The notes beneath the pieces are model-generated. The model did no database searches, was not told the origin of the DNA, and was given only the letters and a program-made list of their open reading frames with translations. Shown piece after piece: positions 29,671-39,012 of a DNA stretch of 64,000 nt (positions within the stretch are counted from its first letter, which is position 1; each line of letters starts with the position of its first letter). Source of the stretch: Promethearchaeota archaeon (lineage in GTDB: Archaea; Asgardarchaeota; Lokiarchaeia; Sigyniarchaeales; SOKP01); contig RDOA01000017.1 of NCBI GenBank assembly GCA_011364925.1, forward strand, positions 1 to 64,000, given 5' to 3'. Made by a program: the position numbers and the translations under genes.

Positions 29671-30312
29671 TTGAAAAAAATGAAAAGAAATAAACTAACA
29701 AAATTGATTCTTTGTATGCTATTGATGGTTCCCGTTTTCAGCTTCATTCCAGTAGTTAACGCAAGTACACCAGAAGATTGGGGTCCTAAGCCATGGCCTT
29801 GGCAGAAAGGAGGTTTTCCTGCGTATTTCTATAAAAAAGATAACGGTAACTGGATCGGTGGTTGGCCAATGCTTGGAGTTGGCGGCGAATGGTGGATTCC
29901 ACATGACGAACCTAGTTGGTTCTATATGGGATGGCAAGTCTCAGATTTTGAGATTGAAGCAGGATGGGATCCTGGTCCAGCCTATAAGTTCCGACTTTTT
30001 GTAGATGGTGAAGAGATACATATGCAAGCATGGGCTCGACACTTTAAAGCCCAAACCGTTATGTTCCCCGACGGTGTGGAGCGAACTGTTACGTCCCGTG
30101 CGTGGTTTTGCTTTGCCAGTTTTGATCCCGATTTTTTTGGAGTTGGCGATCATGAGATCAGGTTCCAATTTCTAGTTAAAAAACCGTATATAGGCAGTGA
30201 CAGTAATGAATGGAGGTACTACGCTAATTATCAAGACGGTCCGGGTTTTATAATGTGGTACGGAGATGTAGGTTTAGAATGGAATCAAATTCACACGTTA
30301 CACGTGTATTAA
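29671..30312 (+). CDS. Secreted Trp/Gly/Pro-rich hypothetical protein
   Basis: Signal peptide ending PVVNA-S; very high Trp content (e.g. WGPKPWPWQKGG). Confidence 0.75.
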   Translation: MKKMKRNKLTKLILCMLLMVPVFSFIPVVNASTPEDWGPKPWPWQKGGFPAYFYKKDNGNWIGGWPMLGVGGEWWIPHDEPSWFYMGWQVSDFEIEAGWDPGPAYKFRLFVDGEEIHMQAWARHFKAQTVMFPDGVERTVTSRAWFCFASFDPDFFGVGDHEIRFQFLVKKPYIGSDSNEWRYYANYQDGPGFIMWYGDVGLEWNQIHTLHVY

Positions 30313-30357
30313 GTAGACATATACAAAGAATTTAGTTCGTGTAATTTTAATTAATAT

Positions 30358-30445
30358 ATGGAATCGGTAGAAAAATGTTTAGATAAACAGCTTCTCGGAC
30401 AAGCATAACTAAACCAATTTTCTTCCTATTCTATTTTTTTTTTTT
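30358..30445 (+). terminator. 3' long hairpin + T tract, diverged copy 3
   Basis: ATGGAAT/ATTCTAT, AGAAAA/TTTTCT, GTTTAG/CTAAAC and GCTT/AAGC stems followed by a T run. Confidence 0.6.
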
Positions 30446-30574
30446 AATTTTGTATAAGTATTTCTTTTAACATCAAAATGGACCTTTTTGTCAAAGCTTA
30501 AATAAACGATTTGTTTATTATTCGTGATAATTTTTCATAAATTTTTTACAAACCATAATTAATGTGATTATATC

Positions 30575-30973
30575 ATGGCAGAATTCTCAAAAGAAATGAA
30601 AATCCTTTTAATTATTAATATGATCGTTGGCTTAGTCTATGGGATAATGTACGCAATCTTTCCCGAAGCGGTTTGGGCTCTTAACGATGCGCCCTATTTT
30701 GACCCTCACTTTTGGCGTCTTTTTGGCGGAACATTAATAGCTGTTGGAATCGGAATTTTCCTTGGATTACTTGGCAAAGATTGGGATAAAATAAAAGTGT
30801 TTTACCAATTCGCATTTGTATTACTTACTATCATCGCACTTGTAAATCTTACCTCGAATTTATATGTCGTACGCTCAGCAACCAATCTTATCTTTCATTG
30901 GTTAGATAATATAGTGATCATTGCATTATTGGTCGTCAATATCTTTTTCTATCTCAGAGAAGAAAAGAAATAA
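30575..30973 (+). CDS. Small 4TM membrane protein
   Basis: 132 aa with four hydrophobic helices; FWRLFGG motif. Confidence 0.75.
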   Translation: MAEFSKEMKILLIINMIVGLVYGIMYAIFPEAVWALNDAPYFDPHFWRLFGGTLIAVGIGIFLGLLGKDWDKIKVFYQFAFVLLTIIALVNLTSNLYVVRSATNLIFHWLDNIVIIALLVVNIFFYLREEKK

Positions 30974-31089
30974 TATTTAAAATAAATCACATTTTTTTTA
31001 TAATTTTTAATCTTGTACGACTTAAATAGTAAAAGTGTCGTCAAAACTTCGTCATCGTCGTCTTCTTTAAGGTCCATTCCGTGCGCAGA

Positions 31090-31986
31090 TTATTCCTGTG
31101 CCTTAGTTCTTTTCTTTTCTTTTCTTCTTTCTAAGAACGATTCTTTTTCTTTTGCATCAACGCGCTTTAGGTACATCTCTTCATATCTTTCTCTAAGCGC
31201 TTCCACATCTTCAACTTGACCAAGTTTATCTTGTAAACCATCTTCAAAGAAATAATTTCTTTTCAATTCTTTTGCCGGAACTCCAACGTAGATATATCCT
31301 TCGTCAAGTGTTTGATCTACCACAGTAACAGAATTAGCTGCTAGCACGCTCCTTCTTTTAATGTGTGTGCCAGGCATTATAATTGCGTGTGAACCTATTC
31401 TCACTTCGTCGTCTATTCTTGTTTTCTTTACGATAAGAAGATTTCCGACTATCATAGAAGACATTACGATCGCTCCTTGGCCCACAACCACGTTTTTACC
31501 GAATTCTATGAATTCTGTATCCACCCAACCTTCAAAAAGTGAGTTTGATATTCTCGTTTTCACTCCAAACATTTTATATAGGAAGTTGTTCATGAAGGGG
31601 AAGGGAAATCGATGACTAAGCCAAAACGGCCATTTTTTAATGACATTCCTTATACACCAATAACGAAAATCTTTGTCGCTTGGATGCCGTAAAAACACTC
31701 CAGTTCTGGGTTTGTGAATGGCGTTTACGATCCAATAAAATAATTTAGCGATAAACGTTGCGCTGAAGACGAGCGTAATATACATAGGAATAACTAACAA
31801 CGGCAAGAACGTATAGAAGTGAATCGGCCGTTCATAATTCCAGAGAAATTGCCAATAGACCCATAATTCAAGAAAAATAGGAATAAAACTAATCCATACG
31901 ATGGCAAAATAAAAAGTTATATATCTTTTTTTTAGTAATATTGTTGGAACAAGCGGTCCAATTCGCATGCTACTAGGTACTGACAT
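31090..31986 (-). CDS. 2TM + left-handed beta-helix (hexapeptide) acyltransferase-like subunit, class C (set 2)
   Basis: Two TM, HKPRTGVF, DFRYW, FGKNVVVGQGAIV, VRIGSHAIIMPG, YVGVPA; close paralog of 36233..37129. Confidence 0.8.
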   Translation of the reverse strand: MSVPSSMRIGPLVPTILLKKRYITFYFAIVWISFIPIFLELWVYWQFLWNYERPIHFYTFLPLLVIPMYITLVFSATFIAKLFYWIVNAIHKPRTGVFLRHPSDKDFRYWCIRNVIKKWPFWLSHRFPFPFMNNFLYKMFGVKTRISNSLFEGWVDTEFIEFGKNVVVGQGAIVMSSMIVGNLLIVKKTRIDDEVRIGSHAIIMPGTHIKRRSVLAANSVTVVDQTLDEGYIYVGVPAKELKRNYFFEDGLQDKLGQVEDVEALRERYEEMYLKRVDAKEKESFLERRKEKKRTKAQE

Positions 31987-31987
31987 T

Positions 31988-33889
31988 TTACTCTTCTGAA
32001 TCTCCTGTTTTTACGAATTTTCGTTTATCTTCGTCAACATGGACTTCGGTTATCTCCTCAACTTTAGTTTCGTCGTCAACGCTCCGTCTAGTTATGACAT
32101 CCCTTCTTGTCGAACCGTATTTATTTTTCTTAAGCTTAATCGCTGGAATTCCGAAGTATATCCATTCTGGTTCAAGAACTTGATTGTACGTCGTAGTACT
32201 CAATGCGCCAATGAAACCGTCGTGTTCAATTATCGTACCAGGGGCTATTGTTGATTGTCCCCCGACTAACACAAAATCATCGAAGATAACTCTCTTAATT
32301 ATCAAGTATTTGCCTACTACCATTGAGGACATTACTGTTGCCCCCTGTCCAACTAAACAATTTCTCCCAAAATCCACAAATTCGGCATCACACCATGCAT
32401 CGTTAAGGTGACTAGTAAAATCCATCCGTATACCAAACCATCTAAACGCTATCACATCTAACCAAGGTAATGGCGTGTTCCTAAAAAACCAGAGAGCAAT
32501 TTTTTTTAACTCTGTTCTCATCATCCAAAATTCGTAGTCTTTATCTCCAATCTCAGCAATAAATACACCCTCACGAGGTTGATGGAGCAAGTTGAGAAAA
32601 ATTAAGAATAATTTGCTAAAAAACAAAACTGCAAAGACGAAAATATAAATCATCGCAAACAGAGCTACAGGGAGAAAGAAAACTGTCGTGAGGTTAAGCC
32701 ATCTCGTATTCTCGTACCAAAACATCGCGACCAATAATCCACTTAGCCAAAAAATGGGAAAGTATACTGCTAAAAACTTTAAATTCACCCTACTAATGGC
32801 ACTACTAGTTGTAAAATCAATAGCGAGATCTTCTTTAGTTAAGCTGTTTATATCAATAGGTTCTTCCACTTTATGCTCTTCTTCGTTGCTCTCGGTGGTT
32901 TCTTGCGATTCTTTCACTTTTTCCTCTTTATTTTTTTTAGACTTCTTCTCTTTTGATTTTAACTTCTTTTCCTTTATTTGGGAAAGGTATTCTTCCATAT
33001 TTTCATTTATTTCTAATTGTTCAGGACTTAAGCCTATGAATTCATTTATCTTCTTTTTGAAAATTTTTCTTGCGGGCATTCCAAAATAATATCCAAAGTT
33101 TTTCTCTCCCTCTTTCCCTATTGTAACATGCTTTTGCACCGATGCTAAGGGCAACAAAAAGCTATTATCATGAACTTCAGTTCCAGGGCCTAAGGAATTA
33201 AAGGCAGCAAAAGTAACGTTATCTCCTGCTTTTACTTCAAAATAGGAGATATTTCCGAAAATGCCTTCGACAACATGAGAAGAAAGTGACGAATTGACCC
33301 CAAAGTAGCAGTTTTTTCCGACAGTCATAAATTTATCGTTAACTAACGACTCTTCGATGGTAGTTCCTTTTCCTATTTTGGCCGATTTCACGAAATTATA
33401 GAACCACTTTGATAACCAGGGCAATGCTCCTTTAGTAAATATACTTTTACCATATTTTAAAACAAAGGATCTTATGTGGTAAAAATCAGCCGCTTTAGAT
33501 TTGATGTTTCGAGGAATTATTCCGGATTTCGATGGTGAAATTTTTTCAGTGATCCCCCAAATAATTCTAGTAGAAAGCCCTATGAAAAACATGCGGACTA
33601 AATAAGCGAGAATAAGAACCAACGGCATTAGAAATAGAGCTAATAATGGGTTTAGTTCAGTAAAAATTGCTAGAAAAGTAGGGGCATCTAAGAAATATGT
33701 TCGAAAGATAATTACAAAATAGGAAATGAGGATAAAACTCGGACCGATCCACGATATATAATAAATAATAAAGAATAAGATCATGTATAATACATATTGC
33801 ATTCTAACTTCTTCTCTTACGGGTTCTTCTTCAGAATCCTCAGACTCTTCAGATTCAGTGAAATTCTCCGCTTTCCCCTCTATAGTCAC
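31988..33889 (-). CDS. Fused class A + class B 2TM-LbH acyltransferase-like protein (set 2)
   Basis: N-half matches 38057..38974 and 39013..39921 (GIIPRNI, SHVVEGIFGNI). C-half matches 37126..38049 (IDFTTSSAI, SHLNDAWCDAEFV). Lys/Glu-rich linker between them. Confidence 0.82.
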   Translation of the reverse strand: MTIEGKAENFTESEESEDSEEEPVREEVRMQYVLYMILFFIIYYISWIGPSFILISYFVIIFRTYFLDAPTFLAIFTELNPLLALFLMPLVLILAYLVRMFFIGLSTRIIWGITEKISPSKSGIIPRNIKSKAADFYHIRSFVLKYGKSIFTKGALPWLSKWFYNFVKSAKIGKGTTIEESLVNDKFMTVGKNCYFGVNSSLSSHVVEGIFGNISYFEVKAGDNVTFAAFNSLGPGTEVHDNSFLLPLASVQKHVTIGKEGEKNFGYYFGMPARKIFKKKINEFIGLSPEQLEINENMEEYLSQIKEKKLKSKEKKSKKNKEEKVKESQETTESNEEEHKVEEPIDINSLTKEDLAIDFTTSSAISRVNLKFLAVYFPIFWLSGLLVAMFWYENTRWLNLTTVFFLPVALFAMIYIFVFAVLFFSKLFLIFLNLLHQPREGVFIAEIGDKDYEFWMMRTELKKIALWFFRNTPLPWLDVIAFRWFGIRMDFTSHLNDAWCDAEFVDFGRNCLVGQGATVMSSMVVGKYLIIKRVIFDDFVLVGGQSTIAPGTIIEHDGFIGALSTTTYNQVLEPEWIYFGIPAIKLKKNKYGSTRRDVITRRSVDDETKVEEITEVHVDEDKRKFVKTGDSEE

Positions 33890-34015
33890 GATTTATCAAA
33901 TCAAAAATTATATACGATTAAACTATAATTAAGATAAGAAATTACATTTCTAGTATAAAAGATTTGTTCTTTCATTTGTAAAATCGAGTTTAAAACAGAG
34001 AGGCTACTATTAACG

Positions 34016-34414
34016 ATGAAAAATTTATGCGAAGGCTGTGGAAACTGTTGTCACGAAACTGAAATGATTCTCTCAGCTCGAGATATAGCCCGTATTATGA
34101 AAAATGGTCCAAAAAGCTTGAGACCAAGCGATTTTATTATGAAAACCGAAGATAGATTGTTTCAGTTAAAAAATGTTAATGGCCATTGCGTTTTTTTTGA
34201 TATAAGGTCTCAACTTTGTAAAATCTATGAATTTAGACCTCAGGGATGTCGATTTTACCCTTTAACGCTCGATTTAGATACGAAGATGTGTGTTTTAGAT
34301 GGTGATTGTCCAAGACCAGAATTGTTTTATCCTAATAGTAAATCTCGCATTAATACCTGTAAAAGCCTTATAAAATTTTTAGAAGATGAAGTGTTATTTA
34401 CTAAACTACGATAA
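34016..34414 (+). CDS. YkgJ family CxxCxxCC cysteine-cluster protein
   Basis: CEGCGNCC, CVFF, CKIYEFRPQGCRFYP. Confidence 0.9.
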   Translation: MKNLCEGCGNCCHETEMILSARDIARIMKNGPKSLRPSDFIMKTEDRLFQLKNVNGHCVFFDIRSQLCKIYEFRPQGCRFYPLTLDLDTKMCVLDGDCPRPELFYPNSKSRINTCKSLIKFLEDEVLFTKLR

Positions 34415-35408
34415 CTGCTTTTATGAAATCTCGACTGGTTTCATATGCAGCAAAAGCTTCCTTAATGTTTTCAAGGTTAAATGTTTTTGAAATCAAATTT
34501 TTAACCTTAATTTCTCCAGAACTTAATCCCTCAATTGCTTTGTTAAATGGTCCACATCTGCTACTATATAGAGTAATTTCTCTGACCACTATATCAGTAA
34601 GATTTATTGGAGTATTTCGTCCATGAGTGCTCTTAATATGAATTTTCCCTCGGGTTTTACATGAAGCAACGATGTTCGTAAGAACTTCAGGATTACCCGT
34701 AGTATCCGCAACAATATCCGCTCCAAGCTTGTCAGTCAAACCTTTGATTTCGTCAACGATATTTTCAGTTTCAAAGTAGTTTATTAAATGTTTTACTCCA
34801 TACTTTTGAGCTATGGCAAGCTTATTATCTGAACTATCAACAGCAATTACCTCCAATCCTTTGGATAAGGCGACTTGAGTAAGTAATAAACCTAATTTTC
34901 CGAGCCCGAAAATCGCAATAATTTTATCGTCATCTCCTAAGGGCATCATTTCAAACGTTTGATACGCTGCTGCTAAAGGTTCTATAAAAGTTGCGTCTTT
35001 GTAAGAAATGTTTCTCGGCAATTCGTGAAGCAGATATGGCTCAAGAACTATATATTCAGCGAAAGAACCGTCAATATCTATGCCCAAAGCTTTACGCGAT
35101 ACACATTGGGAATATATTTTTCGTTGACAGTAATAACAGTTAAAATCGATGTTTGTATTAATTTCGGATGTAATCTGTTTACCTTCCCAGTTTGAGTCAA
35201 CACTTCTGCCAACTTCTATAACCTCGCCAGCAAACTCGTGTCCTAAAATAAGCGGAGTTGGAGTTGGTAAATCCCCTTTGACTATCGCGATATCAGTCCC
35301 ACATATTCCTGACGCTTTAATTTGAATTAAAACTTGAGAATCTTCAAGTTTAGGAATCGGAACTTCCTTAATAGAGATATCTTGTCCGTCGAATACAGCC
35401 GCTTTCAT
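34401..35408 (-). CDS. Zinc-dependent medium-chain alcohol dehydrogenase
   Basis: GICGTD, LGHEFAG, CYYCQ..C, IEPLAAA, GLGKLG, SSRCGPF. Confidence 0.9.
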   Translation of the reverse strand: MKAAVFDGQDISIKEVPIPKLEDSQVLIQIKASGICGTDIAIVKGDLPTPTPLILGHEFAGEVIEVGRSVDSNWEGKQITSEINTNIDFNCYYCQRKIYSQCVSRKALGIDIDGSFAEYIVLEPYLLHELPRNISYKDATFIEPLAAAYQTFEMMPLGDDDKIIAIFGLGKLGLLLTQVALSKGLEVIAVDSSDNKLAIAQKYGVKHLINYFETENIVDEIKGLTDKLGADIVADTTGNPEVLTNIVASCKTRGKIHIKSTHGRNTPINLTDIVVREITLYSSRCGPFNKAIEGLSSGEIKVKNLISKTFNLENIKEAFAAYETSRDFIKAVIVV

Positions 35409-35441
35409 ATTTAACTCAATATTTTTAATTTTTACAATTTA

Positions 35442-36230
35442 TTACTTAAGAAAATAAAACTCAGTTCTTCTATCCTCAATAATATTATTGTACTTGTTGA
35501 TGTTTTTATTTCTCGCGTGGGTAACATCAATTTCAACGAAATCGACATAAACCTTATCTGGTGGTGCAGATGAAAGCACATCGCCATTAAACGAGGTGAT
35601 TTGACTCCCACCTGTAAATGTAAAATTATCTTCACCTCTCACTTCGTTTCCAATCCGATTTGATGTCACAGCAAAAACGCGATTTACTAAGCAATGGTTC
35701 GTCATCGCTCTTTGGCAGTAAGGAAGGACTAAATTCGCAGGATGAGCAATAATATCTGCTCCAAGGAGAGCAAGGCTCCGAATTGTTTCAGGAAAAAACC
35801 AATCGAAACAGATCATAATTCCTATTTTTACACCTTTTAGGTCGTAAGTTTTTAACGGTTTGTTTCCCGACGAGAACCAGAGCTTTTCTTTATAGTATAA
35901 ATGGATTTTCCGATAAATGCCAACAACCTCGTCATCAGAAACTATTAATGAGGAATTATAGATATGATCGCCATCTTTTTCTGCAAAACCAGCGACTACA
36001 ATTGCACCCGTTTTTCGAGCTAGTTCGATTAAAAACTGAGAGGTGTCACCGTCTTTTTTTTCACTTAATGCTATTGCTTCGTTTTTAGAAATAAATGTAT
36101 ACCCTGTAGCAAACAATTCGGGTAAAATAATTAAATCCGCTTTAGTTTTCCCTATAAACTTGTAAACCTGTTCGAAATTTTTGTGTTTTTCCCCAAATAT
36201 AGGAGATGTTTGCACGTATCCAACTTTCAC
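35442..36230 (-). CDS. Carbon-nitrogen hydrolase (nitrilase superfamily amidase)
   Basis: Glu-Lys-Cys triad: LPELF, YRKIHL, ICFDW. Confidence 0.92.
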   Translation of the reverse strand: MKVGYVQTSPIFGEKHKNFEQVYKFIGKTKADLIILPELFATGYTFISKNEAIALSEKKDGDTSQFLIELARKTGAIVVAGFAEKDGDHIYNSSLIVSDDEVVGIYRKIHLYYKEKLWFSSGNKPLKTYDLKGVKIGIMICFDWFFPETIRSLALLGADIIAHPANLVLPYCQRAMTNHCLVNRVFAVTSNRIGNEVRGEDNFTFTGGSQITSFNGDVLSSAPPDKVYVDFVEIDVTHARNKNINKYNNIIEDRRTEFYFLK

Positions 36231-36232
36231 TT

Positions 36233-37129
36233 TTACTCATCTTCTATTTCGGATTCGTCTTCCTTTTCTTCTTGGTCCAGAAATTGCCTTTCTTTCACAA
36301 CTCTTGCTACGCGCGCTTCGTCGTATTTTTTTAGTAGTAGATCGATATTCCCGATTGATTTGTTTAGTTTTTCAAAAGGAATGTCTTCGAAAAACCTGTT
36401 TCTTTTAAACTTTTTAGCTGGGCTTCCGTTATATATCCAACCTTCTTCTAGTTCTTGACCCACCATTGTAGAAGACCAGGTATTTAAAATACAATTTTTT
36501 CCGATGTGAGTTCCTGGCATGATTATAACGTGGGTTCCTACCCTTACATTCTCTTCAATGACGGTTTTCCTAATGATTAGTAAGTTCCCTACTATAACAG
36601 AAGACTGGACTATAGCACCTTGACCTATAACAACGTTTTTACCAAATTCCATGAATTCTGTATCAACCCAGCCCTCAAAAAGAGAATTTGAGAATTTAGT
36701 TTTGACACCAAGAACTCTAAAACATATATTATCTAAAAATGGGAACGGAAATTTATGAGCAAGCCACGTAGGCCATTTCTTAAGCGTATTTCGCAGACTC
36801 CAATAGCGATAGTCCTTGTCCGAAGGATCTCTTAGAAAGGTTCCTTCTCGTGGTTTGTGAAATATGTTAATGATCAAGAGGAAAATCTTGGTGAAAATAA
36901 TAGCAACGAAAACGGTCGAAACATAAATGACGAACAAAACCAAGGGTAAAAATATATAAAAGTGGATTGGTCTAACTTCGTACCATAACCATTGCCAATA
37001 CCACCACATTTCTAATATTGCCGGAAGTAGAGTCAACCATATAAGGAAGACGTACAAAATCAAATATTTCTTCTTAACTAACACGCTGGCACAGAAAGGT
37101 CCAACCCTCATTGAGTTTGGTACGCTCAT
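36233..37129 (-). CDS. 2TM-LbH acyltransferase-like subunit, class C (set 1)
   Basis: HKPREGTF, DYRYW, FGKNVVIGQGAIV, YNGSPA; ATGA overlap with the upstream gene. Confidence 0.8.
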   Translation of the reverse strand: MSVPNSMRVGPFCASVLVKKKYLILYVFLIWLTLLPAILEMWWYWQWLWYEVRPIHFYIFLPLVLFVIYVSTVFVAIIFTKIFLLIINIFHKPREGTFLRDPSDKDYRYWSLRNTLKKWPTWLAHKFPFPFLDNICFRVLGVKTKFSNSLFEGWVDTEFMEFGKNVVIGQGAIVQSSVIVGNLLIIRKTVIEENVRVGTHVIIMPGTHIGKNCILNTWSSTMVGQELEEGWIYNGSPAKKFKRNRFFEDIPFEKLNKSIGNIDLLLKKYDEARVARVVKERQFLDQEEKEDESEIEDE

Positions 37130-38049
37130 TTCTTAGCACTTCTCCTTCTATGTTTAAGTAAATGTTTTTTATCTTCATCGATAACAACTTCGTGTTCAAT
37201 TTCAACCTTTTTTGCCTCATCCACATCAACTTTTTGAATGATGTCTCTTCGCGTTTCAGCGTATTGGTTAAGTTTTAGTTTTCTTGCGGGTATTCCAGAG
37301 TAGATCCAACCATCTTCTAAATCTTGGTTAAGTGTAGTAACTGACACAGCTCCTAACATTGTGTCTTCACCGAGGTGAGTTCCAGGTGCAATCGTGCTTT
37401 GTCCTCCAACAAGAGCATAATCGTCAAATCTAATCTTTTTAATAATCAAATAATTACCCACGATCATGGAACTCATAATAACTGCTCCCTGACCGATTGT
37501 AACGTTCTTTCCAAAGGAAACGAACTCAGCATCGCACCACGCATCGTTTAAGTGGCTAGAAAAGTCCATTTTGATTCCGAACCAACGAAAAGCGATGACG
37601 TCAATCCACGGTAAAGGCCAATTTCTTAGTAACCACAACACAATCTTTTTTATTTCCGTTCTGAGCCTCCAAAACTCAAAGTCCATGTTTTTCTTCTCTG
37701 CTCTAAAGATGCCCTCCTTAGGTGCGTGAATTAAGTTAATGAAAATTAACAGCATTTTACTGAAAAATAAACAGCTAATGATAAATAAAAAGCTAAAACC
37801 TAGTAATAATAGCGGGAGAAATAGCAATTTTATTGCCCAAGGCACTGGACCGATTACGTAACCGTACCAAAACGAGGCGACCACAAGGCCACTGAACCAA
37901 AATATTGGAATATAAACTAATAGGAACTTCAAGCCGACTTTATTTATTGCTGAACTTGTAGTAAAGTCGATAACAAAATCAGAATCGTCTTCTTCCTTTA
38001 AATCTTTTTCTTCTTCATTTTCAATTTCTTCACTCATTTCATTTCTCAC
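37126..38049 (-). CDS. 2TM-LbH acyltransferase-like subunit, class B (set 1)
   Basis: IDFTTSSAI, PKEGIF, FEFWRLR, FGKNVTIGQGAVI, YSGIPA. Confidence 0.8.
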   Translation of the reverse strand: MRNEMSEEIENEEEKDLKEEDDSDFVIDFTTSSAINKVGLKFLLVYIPIFWFSGLVVASFWYGYVIGPVPWAIKLLFLPLLLLGFSFLFIISCLFFSKMLLIFINLIHAPKEGIFRAEKKNMDFEFWRLRTEIKKIVLWLLRNWPLPWIDVIAFRWFGIKMDFSSHLNDAWCDAEFVSFGKNVTIGQGAVIMSSMIVGNYLIIKKIRFDDYALVGGQSTIAPGTHLGEDTMLGAVSVTTLNQDLEDGWIYSGIPARKLKLNQYAETRRDIIQKVDVDEAKKVEIEHEVVIDEDKKHLLKHRRRSAKK

Positions 38050-38056
38050 CTTAACT

Positions 38057-38974
38057 TTACTTTATCTGCTTTCTCTTCATTTCTTCTTTTTTTATCCTTT
38101 CTAATTGTTCTTGTTCTTGTTTTATTCTTAGAGCTTCAGAGCGTTGTAAGTCCTCTTCTGTAATTTTTAAGTAGTCTAATATTTTTTTCTTGAATATGCG
38201 ACGCAGGGGCATACCATAGTAATAGCTATTACCTTTTGTCGTATTATATTTTGTAGCAGCTGCCATTGGGAGTAAGTAGGAACTATGTTTTAACTCACAT
38301 CCGGGCGCGATTATATTAAATCCACCAAGCGTTGAATTTTCTCCAACCGTGACCTTAAAATAAATAATATTGCCAAAAATCCCTTCAACCAAATGTGCCG
38401 CTAAGGCAGAATTAACTCCCATATATACGTTTCTTTTTACATATACGTTCCTATCACTACTAACGGTTTCTTCCATTGTCGACCCTTTTTCGATAACGCT
38501 GGCACCAACGACATTAAAAAACCAATTAGAGAGCCATGGAAAAATTCCTTTCATGAACGCGTTTTTTCCATATTTTATCATGAAGCTTCGGTAATGATAA
38601 AAATTCAGCGTTTTTGATTGGATGTTGCGGGGTATGATGCCATCTTTTGTAGGACTCTTTCTCTCAGTATATCTCCAAAATATTCGTGTGATAATTCCAA
38701 TAAAATACTTTTGAATGAGATAAGCGCAAAGAAAAACGAGAGGAAAGGTAAAAAAAACGAGCAGATGGTCGAAACTCGTAAATATTACAACAAGGTCTCC
38801 CACTTCCAAGAACAGTGGTTTAAATACTAAAAATAGGTAGAACATTAAGCCGATTACAGGTATTAGATACGAGCCACAATAAATACATAAGAAGATAGCA
38901 AAATATTTATGATATTGAAATTGAACGTTTTCTCTGTAAATATCGTATCCAGAGTCTACTGATTCATCAATCAT
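38057..38974 (-). CDS. 2TM-LbH acyltransferase-like subunit, class A (set 1, copy 2)
   Basis: SPTKDGIIPRNI, GVNSALAAHLVEGIFGNI, YYGMP. Confidence 0.8.
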   Translation of the reverse strand: MIDESVDSGYDIYRENVQFQYHKYFAIFLCIYCGSYLIPVIGLMFYLFLVFKPLFLEVGDLVVIFTSFDHLLVFFTFPLVFLCAYLIQKYFIGIITRIFWRYTERKSPTKDGIIPRNIQSKTLNFYHYRSFMIKYGKNAFMKGIFPWLSNWFFNVVGASVIEKGSTMEETVSSDRNVYVKRNVYMGVNSALAAHLVEGIFGNIIYFKVTVGENSTLGGFNIIAPGCELKHSSYLLPMAAATKYNTTKGNSYYYGMPLRRIFKKKILDYLKITEEDLQRSEALRIKQEQEQLERIKKEEMKRKQIK

Positions 38975-39012
38975 ACCTATTTCATCTCTTCTTCTCTGTT
39001 TTTTTTCAAATT

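Noticed and set aside
25998-30445. Integron attC sites or CRISPR repeats
   Set aside because: No clear RYYYAAC/GTTRRRY boxes at the hairpin ends, no integrase or cas genes, and no regular repeat-spacer period.
32688-33089. Short overlapping ORFs in the track (e.g. 148..330, 8131..8388, 13511..13885, 24702..25076, 32688..33089, 51925..52314)
   Set aside because: They are shadow frames antisense to, or nested in, well-supported genes and have no recognisable motifs.
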